From NCBI GenBank assembly GCA_043228905.1, contig JBHGNT010000006.1, positions 18,662,001 through 18,726,000 on the forward strand: a stretch of DNA of 64,000 nt, in the 5' to 3' direction. Position 1 is the first letter of the stretch. Each line of letters starts with the position of its first letter. The notes under the pieces were generated by a model. That model made no database searches and was not told where the DNA came from. It worked only from the letters and a program-made list of their open reading frames with translations. This document shows, piece after piece, positions 40,396-50,291 of this stretch. Position numbers and translations under genes: made by a program. The stretch is from Azolla caroliniana (taxonomy: Eukaryota; Plantae; Polypodiophyta).

Positions 40396-41067
40396 ACGTC
40401 ATTAGCTCCTTCGACATAACTCCAGTAGCCATGCCCGAGCAGGTACTGGTGCATCTTGTAGGACCAAGACGCGTAGTTGGTTTTGTCGAGCTTCTCTGTT
40501 GGAAGCGAGCTCGCCATGCCTCTATCCATCGTTCTTCTTGTTCTTCTTTGTCAAGCTGTGTCGGTTGCAGAGAGGTTCTCAACCCTTGCGCTCTGATACC
40601 ATGTAAAAAGTAACGTGCGGAAGTAAGTGTGAAGACCGAACAGGAGGAAGAAAACTCAGGTTCAATGGAGAGCTTGAGCTTACGCAGTATACGCGGGAGA
40701 GAGAGAGAGAGTGAGAGAGAGAGAGAGAGAAAACACACGAACTATATTCAACAAGAACAATCCAATCTCTATTCACCACACTCTATACATATGTGTGTTC
40801 AATGAACACTTTTATACAAGTCCTAGAAGGACTGACCGAAGTACTGACAGTACTTCAATACTCATTAAGAGCTCCTACACTAACTCCCAAATATATTCCT
40901 CACGGAATATCTTTCCTAACGGCCTCCCGGTTTACGCACCAATCCGGCCCTACCTACACACCGGTCTGCGTATCGGTTTACGCATTCAGCCTAACCAATC
41001 GGTCCCAAACGATCCGGTCCTCGGCTTCTTCAGCCGATCTGGCCGATGTTGAGCTTGTCTCTCAACA
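40396..41067 (-). mobile_element. 5' end of a second Ty1/copia element Y (LTR 40602-41067, PBS, gag start)
   Basis: PBS TGGTATCAGAGC at 40590-40601; MDRGMASSLPTEKLDKTNYASW gag; LTR related to that of copia X. Confidence 0.85.
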
Positions 41068-41438
41068 GGAACTTATCGACTATGCGAGTTGGATGGAACA
41101 ATGCTACGAGTGCCTATAGCCGGGAAACGGGTGAAGATTTTCAAGAAGCGGACTGATGAAGAACCCTATGTGATTCTAGACAAGACCGACCGACCAGAAG
41201 GAGCAATCGGACGAAGATCGCGGTGATGGAGAAAGCGAAGAAAGTGGATTAGAACTCATAGTCGACGTAAGGGGAGAATTGGAGGAAGCTTTGGATGAAG
41301 GTGAATAGCAAGCATCGAGGACTTCGGCACATACCGGAGGATGTGCGGGTTAGGAGGGGGCGAGTGTCGTAGTGTAATTCTCACTCTACGTGAAAAATTA
41401 CATTTTTGGTCTCTCCGGATAGGACATGGAGTACCCGG

Positions 41439-44400
41439 TGTCGTGAAGATTTTCGTCCATAGGCGGAAAACCGAGCGAAGCAAGCAAACCCGCGATGTGC
41501 AACGTTGCACATCACCATGTTGTATTTCTATTTATCGATAGTGATAAGTATGGTGCTAGAAATGCACCTTAGGATTTGTAAAGTGTAGAGGTGATGTGCT
41601 TTTGCGCGCACATCCACGTGAGAGAGAGAGATAGGTACATAGTAGTTCGTGTAGAGGTGGGAGTTAAGACCCATCCTTCCCACCTCCCCTAAAATCAAGG
41701 GAAATATCCCCATTGATTGAAAGGGGATATTTTGTAGCACCCCTTTATGTAACGGTCTTCCCTCCTTGTGCTATAAAGGGAGAGGAAGAGCACCATTGTG
41801 GGGGTTGCCTTATTTTGAGTGTGAGTGAGGTATACCATTTCGTTTTAGGGTTAGGGTTTCTTTTCTTCTTCGTCGGATTAGGGTTTCGGGTTTATCATAG
41901 TCGTTTGGTGCGGCCTACGCGGCCGCCATTTTGTAATCGGTTTCGGTTCTAATATATCTTGTTGAGCATTTGGCCTCCATCTTCCTCTTGTTCATTCTCC
42001 CTCTTCTTGTGCTAAGCTCCATTCCGAAGTCCTATTCCTTCTCCCCTTCTCCTTAGTCCGAGACCCCCGTGGTTCCGCCCTTCTCCACGCACGCGCGTAA
42101 CAACGCGACATCTTTGGTGAACCCGACGTGAAGGGCGGCAAGGGAGAAAGAGATGGAGGAAGGCTTCGACTTCGAGGAGATGATGACAAAGATCTTGACG
42201 GACGCCGGACGGAAGAGGGCGAGGCGAGAGGCGGCTCAACAAGCGGTCGAAAGGGTGGTCCGTCTAGTCGGCCGGTTCGATGGGAAGGAGGTCCCAAAAT
42301 TTTTGAGAGCCTACGATGCGGAAATGACGGGGATGGGCGTGGACGAAGCGACGAGGCTAGAGTTCTTTCGTCGAGCGGCGGCCGCATCAAAGTACGAGGA
42401 GGTCAAGGAGCTCCAAGAAGCTCACGAATCGTGGGAGTCCTTTGAAGGGGCTCTAATGGAGGCATACGGGTGCGCGGAATCGGAGGTAAGAGGTCGGCGA
42501 GAGTTCGATCGGTGGATGGCGTCGGCGAGGCGCCATCGGAGCGCAATAGAGGCATTCCGAGAGTTCGAGCGTCGTTTCTCTCAACTCTCGGAGTGGGAAC
42601 GAAGATCGGTGGGGGCGGACAAAGTCCTCCTATTTTTGGAGACGGTCCATCATGAGGAGAGGATGGACATCACGTTCGAGCTTCAAGACGATTATGGGGC
42701 GCATGGTCTCACCGAGGAGTGGCCCGAAGTGGAATGGGTGTGTCGGCAACATGAGGCGAGGCGGTCGGCCACAACACGGCCCGCGAGCGGGGGAGAAGAG
42801 AGAGCGACGACCAACTACGCCATGCCGCCGGACGAGAGCTCATCGCGAACCGGTTTGGAGGGGCTCGACCTACAAGCGCTAATACGGGAGGCGTGCGGGC
42901 TCGTAATGGCGAAAATCGAAGCCGAAGAATGGCTTATTGCGGGGTCGGGCCCGAGCGGATCGGAGGACGCGGAGGAAGGAGCTTCCTCACACATGGAGGA
43001 CGGGGCCTATGCGGAGGCCGAAAGAGAATGGTACATCGGTACCACGGGAGAGGGTGCGGAGCGAGCCGCCCTCTCGACATGGGGGGAAAGAACGACCGAG
43101 GACGAGGTCGGGGACGGTGAGGCGGCGATCGCCGATTCGAGCGGACATGGCGGATTCGGGACATGGTGGCCCGAATCATCGAGTACGGAGGAGACAAGCG
43201 GCGGTACCGCAACCTTCCACGCACCGGTTCAAGAGACCCCGGCGGCCGGCCCGAGCGCCCGCGTGAGACCGAGGGAAAAGCATGGTGGCGGCGGCAAGGC
43301 GGGCAACCGAGACAACGGTAAGGAGACCGCGGAAGAGGCGGCCGCAAGCATAACCGATGCTTGCATATACGGAGGCGGGGTAGCCACGGACAACGACGTC
43401 CGAGCGGAGGTGGCTACGGACATTACATCGACGAGCGGCGGTCCCGCGACCTTACACGCGTCATTCCGGGAGATCACGGCGGCCGGCCCGAGTGCCCGCG
43501 TAAGACCTATGGTGAAAGGCGGTGGCTGTGGCAAGGCGGGCGACCACGGCGTCGACACGAGAGAAGGTGCGGAGCAAGCGACCGTCTCATCTCGGGGAAA
43601 AAGAACGGCCATGGACGAGGCCGATATCTACGGAGCGATGGACGCCACTTCGAGAGTGGGCGGAAGTTTCGGGACGCGGTTGCCCGAAACGTTCTACGAG
43701 GATTTCGCGAGCATACTCGAGGCTTGCGAAATGGAGGAGGAAGAGGAGACGAGCGTCGGTGTCGCGACCTTCCACACACCGGCCCTAGAGGCTTCGGCGG
43801 TCGGCCCAAGTGCCGGCACGAGACCTGGAGCTACGGACGGTGGCGGCGGCAAGGCGGACAACCGAGATAAGGACGAGACCGGCGAAGAAGAGGCGGCGGC
43901 AAGCATACTCGATGCTTGCGAAACCGAAGACGGGGTAGCCACGGACGACGATGTCCGAATGGAGGTGGCTACGGACGAGAGGAGTGGTGGTGTCGCGACC
44001 TTCCACACACCGGTCCTAGAGACTCCGGCACCCGGCCCGAGAGCCGGCGAGAGGCCTAGAGTGACGGACGGTGGCGGCGGCAAGGCGTGCAACCGAAACG
44101 ACGACGACATGGGAGAGGGTGCGGAGCGAGCAACCCTCTCGTCTTGCGGCGAATGGACGGCCAAGGATGAGGCCGGTGACTACAAAGCGGAGAGCGCCAC
44201 TTCGAAAGTGGGCGGAAGATTCGGGGCACGGCGGCCCAAAACATCGAGCGGAGAGGAGGCGAGCGGTGGTGCCGCGACCTTCCACACACCGGCCCTAGAG
44301 GCTTCGGCGGTCGGCCCGAGTGCCGGCACGAGACCTAGAACGACGGGCGGTGGCGGCGGCAAGGCGGGCAAACAAAATGATGCGGAGAACGGCGAAGAAG

Positions 44401-47044
44401 AGGTGGTGGCAAGCATACTAGAGGCTTACGGAATCGGAGATGGGGGAGCCGCGGACAACGACGTCCGAACGAAAGCGGCTACGGAGACAACAAGCGGCGG
44501 TGCCGGGTCCTTACCCACACCAATCCTAGAGGCTCCAATGGCTGGCCCAAGTGCCGGCATGAGGCTTAGTACGACGGGAGGTGACGGCGGCAAGGCGGGC
44601 AACGGAATCGAGAAGGAAGATTGGAGCGGACGGAGGCAAGACCCCTTGACGTCGGGGCCGGAGACTTCGGCGGTTGTGCTCGAATGCCAACGTGAGACCG
44701 GAGAGATGGGCGGTGACCGTGAGGAGGTGAGGCCCGGAGAGAACGCATACGAAGACGAGTATGCGGGGCCCGGAATGGGCGTATACGGTGGGTCCGACGG
44801 AGAGGACCGGAGCGGAAACGAGGAGAGAGTCGGGAACCGACCCGACCGGAATACGGCACGGAAGAAGAAGAGAGTAAGGGCCGGCGAACCGGGCCCAAAC
44901 CGAAGGAAGCCGGCGAGACCGATTGGCCGGTTACGGTTACGGTTACGATGGGAGCCGGTAAGCGCGAGATGGAGGCTAGCCGGGCACGACGACCATGGTT
45001 CGGGGGAAAAACGGAAACAAACGAGACCCTCCATACCCACTCTAGAGACTACGGCGGTTGCGGATCAACATAAGACCGGAGAAACGGCGGGTGGCGGCGA
45101 GGAGTCGGAGACCGGAGCGTACGAGGTTACCGGAACGGATATCCGGTACGAGATGGTGGACGGGTGGGTCCAAGACGGCGAGCCCGTGTCGGAACGGGCT
45201 ACGGCGACAAAGGAGGAGAAGACCGACACGGAGGTCGGGTCTACGGCGGAAGAGCGAGACGAGATGCATGCAATACGGCCGATGGAGGGCCAAGACACAA
45301 GCATGCCTACGAAGGAGCCACATCGAGCAACCGAAGATGACGGTCGGATCACGCCTTCGAGAGGCGAATACGAGGAGGAAGGCGGCGACGACGAGACCCG
45401 GCACGATGCTAGGGAAGATTGGTGGGAAGAGGTGGCCTACGGAGAGGCTAAGACCGGCGGCCACGAAGATAAGACCCGAGAGGGATCCTCCACACCGGCT
45501 ATAGAGACTCCGGCGATCGGCGCGAGTGCCGACGTGAGACCAAGAGTGGCGGACGGTGGCGGCGAGGGGACGAAGGCCACAACGGATGAAGGCACCGAGA
45601 GAGGCATACGGGAGGTCGCGGTGAACGAAGATGTATGCGCCCAAAGGAACGAACACGACATCACGAAGGATGTGTGCGGTCGAGCGGGCCAAGGGGGCCA
45701 AGAGGGTGTTCCTCCGAGCGAAACGGAGGTCGGGGAAGAAGGGTACCTTTCCGAAAGGGTACGCGAAGAGGAGCGGAATGCGAAACGTGCAATACGGCCG
45801 CATGAGGGCCAAGCAACGAGCACGGGAACGATGGTATGCTCTACGGCGAGAGAGCACGGCAAGCAAGGGGAAGACGAAAAATGCGTGATGGGGTCATCGA
45901 AGGACCGAAGCACGAGCACGCATTCGGAGGACGACACCGACGTACGGGGAAAGCCTACGGAAGGCAAGCGCGGAGCGAGAAGAGTCGGCACGACGAGGTG
46001 CGCGGCACAAAAAAGGCGGATCCGGAGGATATGCGAGGCGGACAAAGGGTCGGCAACGGCGTTCGGGAGGACCGAACGGGGAGGAAAGCGCGGGCATCGG
46101 ATATGGCAGTCCGAGTGTAGTCGGTGGTTCGAGGAAACACGGTGGATGTGGCGGATCGGATGGAGCCGACGGTTCGAGACCATTCGGCGGAGATGGTGGG
46201 CCGGAAGGCGACGGTGGTTCGTGTGGACGGGGTGGACTTGCTCGAAGTGGAAGACGAAGCCGGGCAAGCCCACGAGGTTGTCAAGGGCTCGGTTGGCCGC
46301 CTTGGCCGAAAATCTCGCGTTTTGTTCCCCTTTTGGCACATACCGGTGGATGTGCGGTTAGGTGGGGGCGGATGTCGTGAAGATTTTCGTCCATAGGCGG
46401 AAAACCGAGCGAAGCAAGCAAACCCGCGATGTGCAACGTTGCACATCACCATGTTGTATTTCTATTTATCGATAGTGATAAGTATGGTGCTAGAAATGCA
46501 CCTTAGGATTTGTAAAGTGTAGAGGTGATGTGCTTTTGCGCGCACATCCACGTGAGAGAGAGAGATAGGTACATAGTAGTTCGTGTAGAGGTGGGAGTTA
46601 AGACCCATCCTTCCCACCTCCCCTAAAATCAAGGGAAATATCCCCATTGATTGAAAGGGGATATTTTGTAGCACCCCTTTATGTAACGGTCTTCCCTCCT
46701 TGTGCTATAAAGGGAGAGGAAGAGCACCATTGTGGGGGTTGCCTTATTTTGAGTGTGAGTGAGGTATACCATTTCGTTTTAGGGTTAGGGTTTCTTTTCT
46801 TCTTCGTCGGATTAGGGTTTCGGGTTTATCATAGTCGTTTGGTGCGGCCTACGCGGCCGCCATTTTGTAATCGGTTTCGGTTCTAATATATCTTGTTGAG
46901 CATTTGGCCTCCATCTTCCTCTTGTTCATTCTCCCTCTTCTTGTGCTAAGCTCCATTCCGAAGTCCTATTCCTTCTCCCCTTCTCCTTAGTCCGAGACCC
47001 CCGTGGTTCCGCCATTCTCCACGCACGCGCGTAACAACGCGACA
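41439..47044 (+). mobile_element. Element E: complete, young, pol-less LTR retroelement
   Basis: Near-identical 672-bp LTRs (41439-42110, 46373-47044); perfect 4-bp TSD CCGG; PBS TGGTGAACCCGACGTGAA at 42115-42132; PPT at ~46360-46372. Confidence 0.95.
42153..46361 (+). CDS. 1402-aa Gag-N / acidic repeat / Trp-Arg-tail protein of element E
   Basis: Single intact ORF filling the internal region; first ~200 aa align by eye with D gag (GRFDGKEVPKFLRAYDAEM vs GQLDGRNVTKFLDAYKREM); no zinc knuckle, PR, RT or INT motifs. Confidence 0.85.
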   Translation: MEEGFDFEEMMTKILTDAGRKRARREAAQQAVERVVRLVGRFDGKEVPKFLRAYDAEMTGMGVDEATRLEFFRRAAAASKYEEVKELQEAHESWESFEGALMEAYGCAESEVRGRREFDRWMASARRHRSAIEAFREFERRFSQLSEWERRSVGADKVLLFLETVHHEERMDITFELQDDYGAHGLTEEWPEVEWVCRQHEARRSATTRPASGGEERATTNYAMPPDESSSRTGLEGLDLQALIREACGLVMAKIEAEEWLIAGSGPSGSEDAEEGASSHMEDGAYAEAEREWYIGTTGEGAERAALSTWGERTTEDEVGDGEAAIADSSGHGGFGTWWPESSSTEETSGGTATFHAPVQETPAAGPSARVRPREKHGGGGKAGNRDNGKETAEEAAASITDACIYGGGVATDNDVRAEVATDITSTSGGPATLHASFREITAAGPSARVRPMVKGGGCGKAGDHGVDTREGAEQATVSSRGKRTAMDEADIYGAMDATSRVGGSFGTRLPETFYEDFASILEACEMEEEEETSVGVATFHTPALEASAVGPSAGTRPGATDGGGGKADNRDKDETGEEEAAASILDACETEDGVATDDDVRMEVATDERSGGVATFHTPVLETPAPGPRAGERPRVTDGGGGKACNRNDDDMGEGAERATLSSCGEWTAKDEAGDYKAESATSKVGGRFGARRPKTSSGEEASGGAATFHTPALEASAVGPSAGTRPRTTGGGGGKAGKQNDAENGEEEVVASILEAYGIGDGGAADNDVRTKAATETTSGGAGSLPTPILEAPMAGPSAGMRLSTTGGDGGKAGNGIEKEDWSGRRQDPLTSGPETSAVVLECQRETGEMGGDREEVRPGENAYEDEYAGPGMGVYGGSDGEDRSGNEERVGNRPDRNTARKKKRVRAGEPGPNRRKPARPIGRLRLRLRWEPVSARWRLAGHDDHGSGEKRKQTRPSIPTLETTAVADQHKTGETAGGGEESETGAYEVTGTDIRYEMVDGWVQDGEPVSERATATKEEKTDTEVGSTAEERDEMHAIRPMEGQDTSMPTKEPHRATEDDGRITPSRGEYEEEGGDDETRHDAREDWWEEVAYGEAKTGGHEDKTREGSSTPAIETPAIGASADVRPRVADGGGEGTKATTDEGTERGIREVAVNEDVCAQRNEHDITKDVCGRAGQGGQEGVPPSETEVGEEGYLSERVREEERNAKRAIRPHEGQATSTGTMVCSTAREHGKQGEDEKCVMGSSKDRSTSTHSEDDTDVRGKPTEGKRGARRVGTTRCAAQKRRIRRICEADKGSATAFGRTERGGKRGHRIWQSECSRWFEETRWMWRIGWSRRFETIRRRWWAGRRRWFVWTGWTCSKWKTKPGKPTRLSRARLAALAENLAFCSPFGTYRWMCG

Positions 47045-47313
47045 CCGGCGAGAACCGGAAGAAGGAACCGGTAAGGACCGAAACCGGTAAGGAGACCCGG
47101 CAAGAGCCGGATGAAGAAGGCTGGTGAGAGTCGGTGAGAAACGGACGAAGAGATCGGTAAAAAGGTCCCGGTAAGAACCGAACAAAGAAAACTAGCAAGC
47201 ACCGGATGAATCAGAACCGGAAAGAGTCGGATGAAGAAGGCCGGTGAGAGTCTCTCATCGGATGAAGAGACATATTTGTAAATAGAAGAAAGTATAAAAA
47301 TATACATATTACA

Positions 47314-47380
47314 TGCATAGGGCAAGATTCCAACCTTGCATCTCCATGTTAATAATGTTAAGCCTTATCATTATACTAGC
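47314..47380 (-). ncRNA. Degenerate tRNA-like module within LTR G
   Basis: Minus strand: TAGTATAATGATAAGG...GAGATGCAAGGTTGGAATCTTGCCC followed by TTTTT. Confidence 0.5.
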
Positions 47381-47788
47381 GTATTATGAATTTTAAAGTT
47401 ATACTAAACTTTATCCCATGTAAAATTTCTAGACATGCAAGGTACAAAATGTTATTCATGCATAGACACTCGAGTTAAAAGAAAATATGAGATAGAAAGC
47501 TAATCATGCACACAACTAAAAATAGGAAAAGCACGATGCTTGCATGTGATAAACTTAGACTCTTCCAACACTATATAAGGAAGAGAGAAAGATGTATAGA
47601 GGTTGTTGATTATTTTACAAGGGTTGATTAATATAATATAATCGTGGGATTCACGAGTTTTTCATATCTTTCTTTCTTACAATATATTTCACATTCTTAA
47701 TTGCCTTAGAATTTTCTTTCCTCCTAGTCCAAAACCCCAGTGGTTCCCACCCGACTCACGCAATGATCCGGAGCCGAAAGGCACGACA

Positions 47789-50291
47789 GCGTAACTCTCC
47801 GGATCACGCACTTCCGCTACACGGGTCATGTACAGTTAGTGATGCACCATGTACTCATTGTATCCGAACCGCACAACAGGGTTCTTCTGGCGGGTAGATC
47901 GGCGTAATTGCTCATTAGTCGATGTTGAGGCTTTCTTAGCCGACGCGGACTTCACTCCCGGAGACCCTTCATCACTTCCCTCGGAGTCGGACTCGCGTCG
48001 ATCCCACTCATTCCTATCGGTGCCGTAATCCGACACCTTCTTCTTCCCTTTTTCGTTGCGCGTAAGCCGTCTCCTTGGTTTCCTGCGCGGGGAATGCACG
48101 GCCGAGTCTCCACTACTCGCCGGCTCTTCCTTGGACTGGTCAAACCGACTCAATCGTCCATTCGGTCCACTTAATTGAGTTTTCCTTTTGTCCACGCTGT
48201 TTTGCTTTGATGTATATCTGCAACTGAATTCGTGCCGAATTCCCATCTATTGCAGATACCTGTTGAATTGACCGGAAAAGTACTCTTTTCCACCATCCGA
48301 CCGTAGGCACTTGATCTTTCTTCCTATTTCCCTTTCGATGAAACTCTTGAGGGTTTGGAAACACTCGAATATTTCACTCTTCTTCTCAATGAGGTAGATC
48401 CACGTGTGCCGCGTATAGTCGTCGATGAAGGAGACGAAATATCGACTCCCGCCAAGACTCACGTTTTGTGCCGGCCCCCATACATCGGAATCTATCAAGT
48501 CGAGCATGTTCTGGTTCCAGTTACGCTCGTTTGGGAAAGGAAGTCAGTGTTGCTTGCCTAGTTGGCAGGCTTCACAAATTTGTGCCTTCCGGCCACTAAA
48601 TTTGGGCAATCTGAACACCACATGTTTCGATTACAGGTCCTGAAGCCGTTGATAGTTGACGTGGCCTATCCGCTTATGCCATAAGTCGATATCCTACTCG
48701 ATTTTTTGTCTTTCGCAAACATTGCGGTGCCGCCGTCACTAGAGTCGAGGATAAACATCCTCCCATTTCTACGCCCTTGCGCAATAACTCGGCCTTCTTC
48801 CTCGATGAAGCACCCAAGGTGTGTAAACCGCACCTGCATCCCTTGGTCAACGATCTGACCTACTGACACCAGGTTCTTTGTGATAGTCGGAATGTGTAAC
48901 ACGTTCATGAGTTTCCCTTTCTGCTCAACATGGCTCAAGGGAACCTCACTGACATTCGCGATCGGATGCGGAGTGTTGTCTCATGTTGCAACTACTCCCG
49001 GTTGCATTGTTTTTTCAAGGTACGAGAACCACTCTTTGTGGCACGTCATGTGATTTGACGCGCCGGAGTCGACGTACCACACCTCATCCGACGTTGGGGT
49101 GATCTTCTTCATCGAGTTTTCTTTGTGTCTCCTCACAAAGACTGACCCTTTTCCGAATCCTTCGGCGTAGTGCGATCGCTGCCGATCTCCTTTGTCGATC
49201 TGTCTAGAACCTGATCCGGATCAATGCGCTTTTTCCAACACTCGCTCTCCCTGTAGCCTTTCTTGCCATAGTACCAGCATTCCGCGGCGGATTTCCCTTG
49301 TCGGTTCTCATCGCCGCCTTGACTACCCCTGCTTGTGGAGGGTCCAAAACTGCTGTCAGCATGTTCTCTGTGCCTTCGGTCCTGCTCCTGCCGGCCGCTA
49401 CCATTGCGAGCCAACCCGCCTCATCCACCATGCCCACGGGGCCGATCCACCTTCGTGTATATCATCCGGTTGTCAGTGGGTGCACTTGTTGACACACCGA
49501 CGTGGTTCTCCTCTACAAGGAGAATCGACTGTAACTAGGAAAATGACGGCGTATTCTCCTTTGTACACACAGCAGTTCGGAATGCTCTGAACTTCGACGC
49601 CAGTCCCCCGAGATAGATCTGCACCATCTCGCCTTCCTCGCAATAGAGGCTAAGGAGTCGCACATCTCTTTGATCTTCGAGGTGTAATCAACCACCAACA
49701 AGTCGCGTTGTCATAAGTTGCCCAGCTCTTGTCGGAGTTGAAGCTTCCTGGCTGTGGTGCTTGCGGCAAAAATATTTTTCAAATTTCCCCAAGCATCCTT
49801 CGGCGTTTTCACATCCTGAATATAGCTCAGAAGTTGTTCGCCCACACAAGACGCGAAGCAGTAGAGAGCTCTGCTCGCCGACTATTCCCAAGCTGGGAAG
49901 TCTTTGTGTGTCGAATCGGGTGTTGTGTCGCTTGCTCCATCGACATAGCTCCAATAACCGTGCCCGAGCAGGTACTGGTGCATCTTGTAAGACCAAGATG
50001 TGTAGTTGGTTCTGTCGAGCTTCTCTGTTGGAAGCGAGCTACCCATGCCTCTATCCATTTTGTTTTTCTGGTTCTTTTTGAAGGTTAGGTTTTCTTCTTT
50101 GAGCTAAAGGCGGTTGCAGAGGTTCCTGGGAAGTCTTTGTGTGTCGAATCGGGTGTTGTGTCGCTTGCTCCATCGACATAGCTCCAATAACCGTGCCCGA
50201 GCAGGTACTGGTGCATCTTGTAAGACCAAGATGTGTAGTTGGTTCTGTCGAGCTTCTCTGTTGGAAGCGAGCTACCCATGCCTCTATCCAT
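47789..50291 (-). pseudogene. Copia X gag-protease-integrase remnants
   Basis: EKLDRTNYTSWSYKM (gag), WYVDSGASNH (protease), LIDSDVWGP and IKCLRSDGGKEY (integrase); many stops; 233-bp tandem duplication at ~49894-50359. Confidence 0.85.

Larger units (their letters stand above)
41068..47788 (+). mobile_element. 3' end of gypsy element G (integrase tail, PPT, 3' LTR 41365-47788 split by element E)
   Basis: GTYRLCELDGTMLRVPIAGKRVKIFKKR; LTR starts TGTCGTAGTGTA and ends GCACGACA, same family as LTR B. Confidence 0.82.

Noticed and set aside
42934-46452. Many overlapping antisense and alternate-frame ORFs in element E (also in F and D)
   Set aside because: Shadow ORFs expected from GC-rich coding sequence; no recognisable motifs
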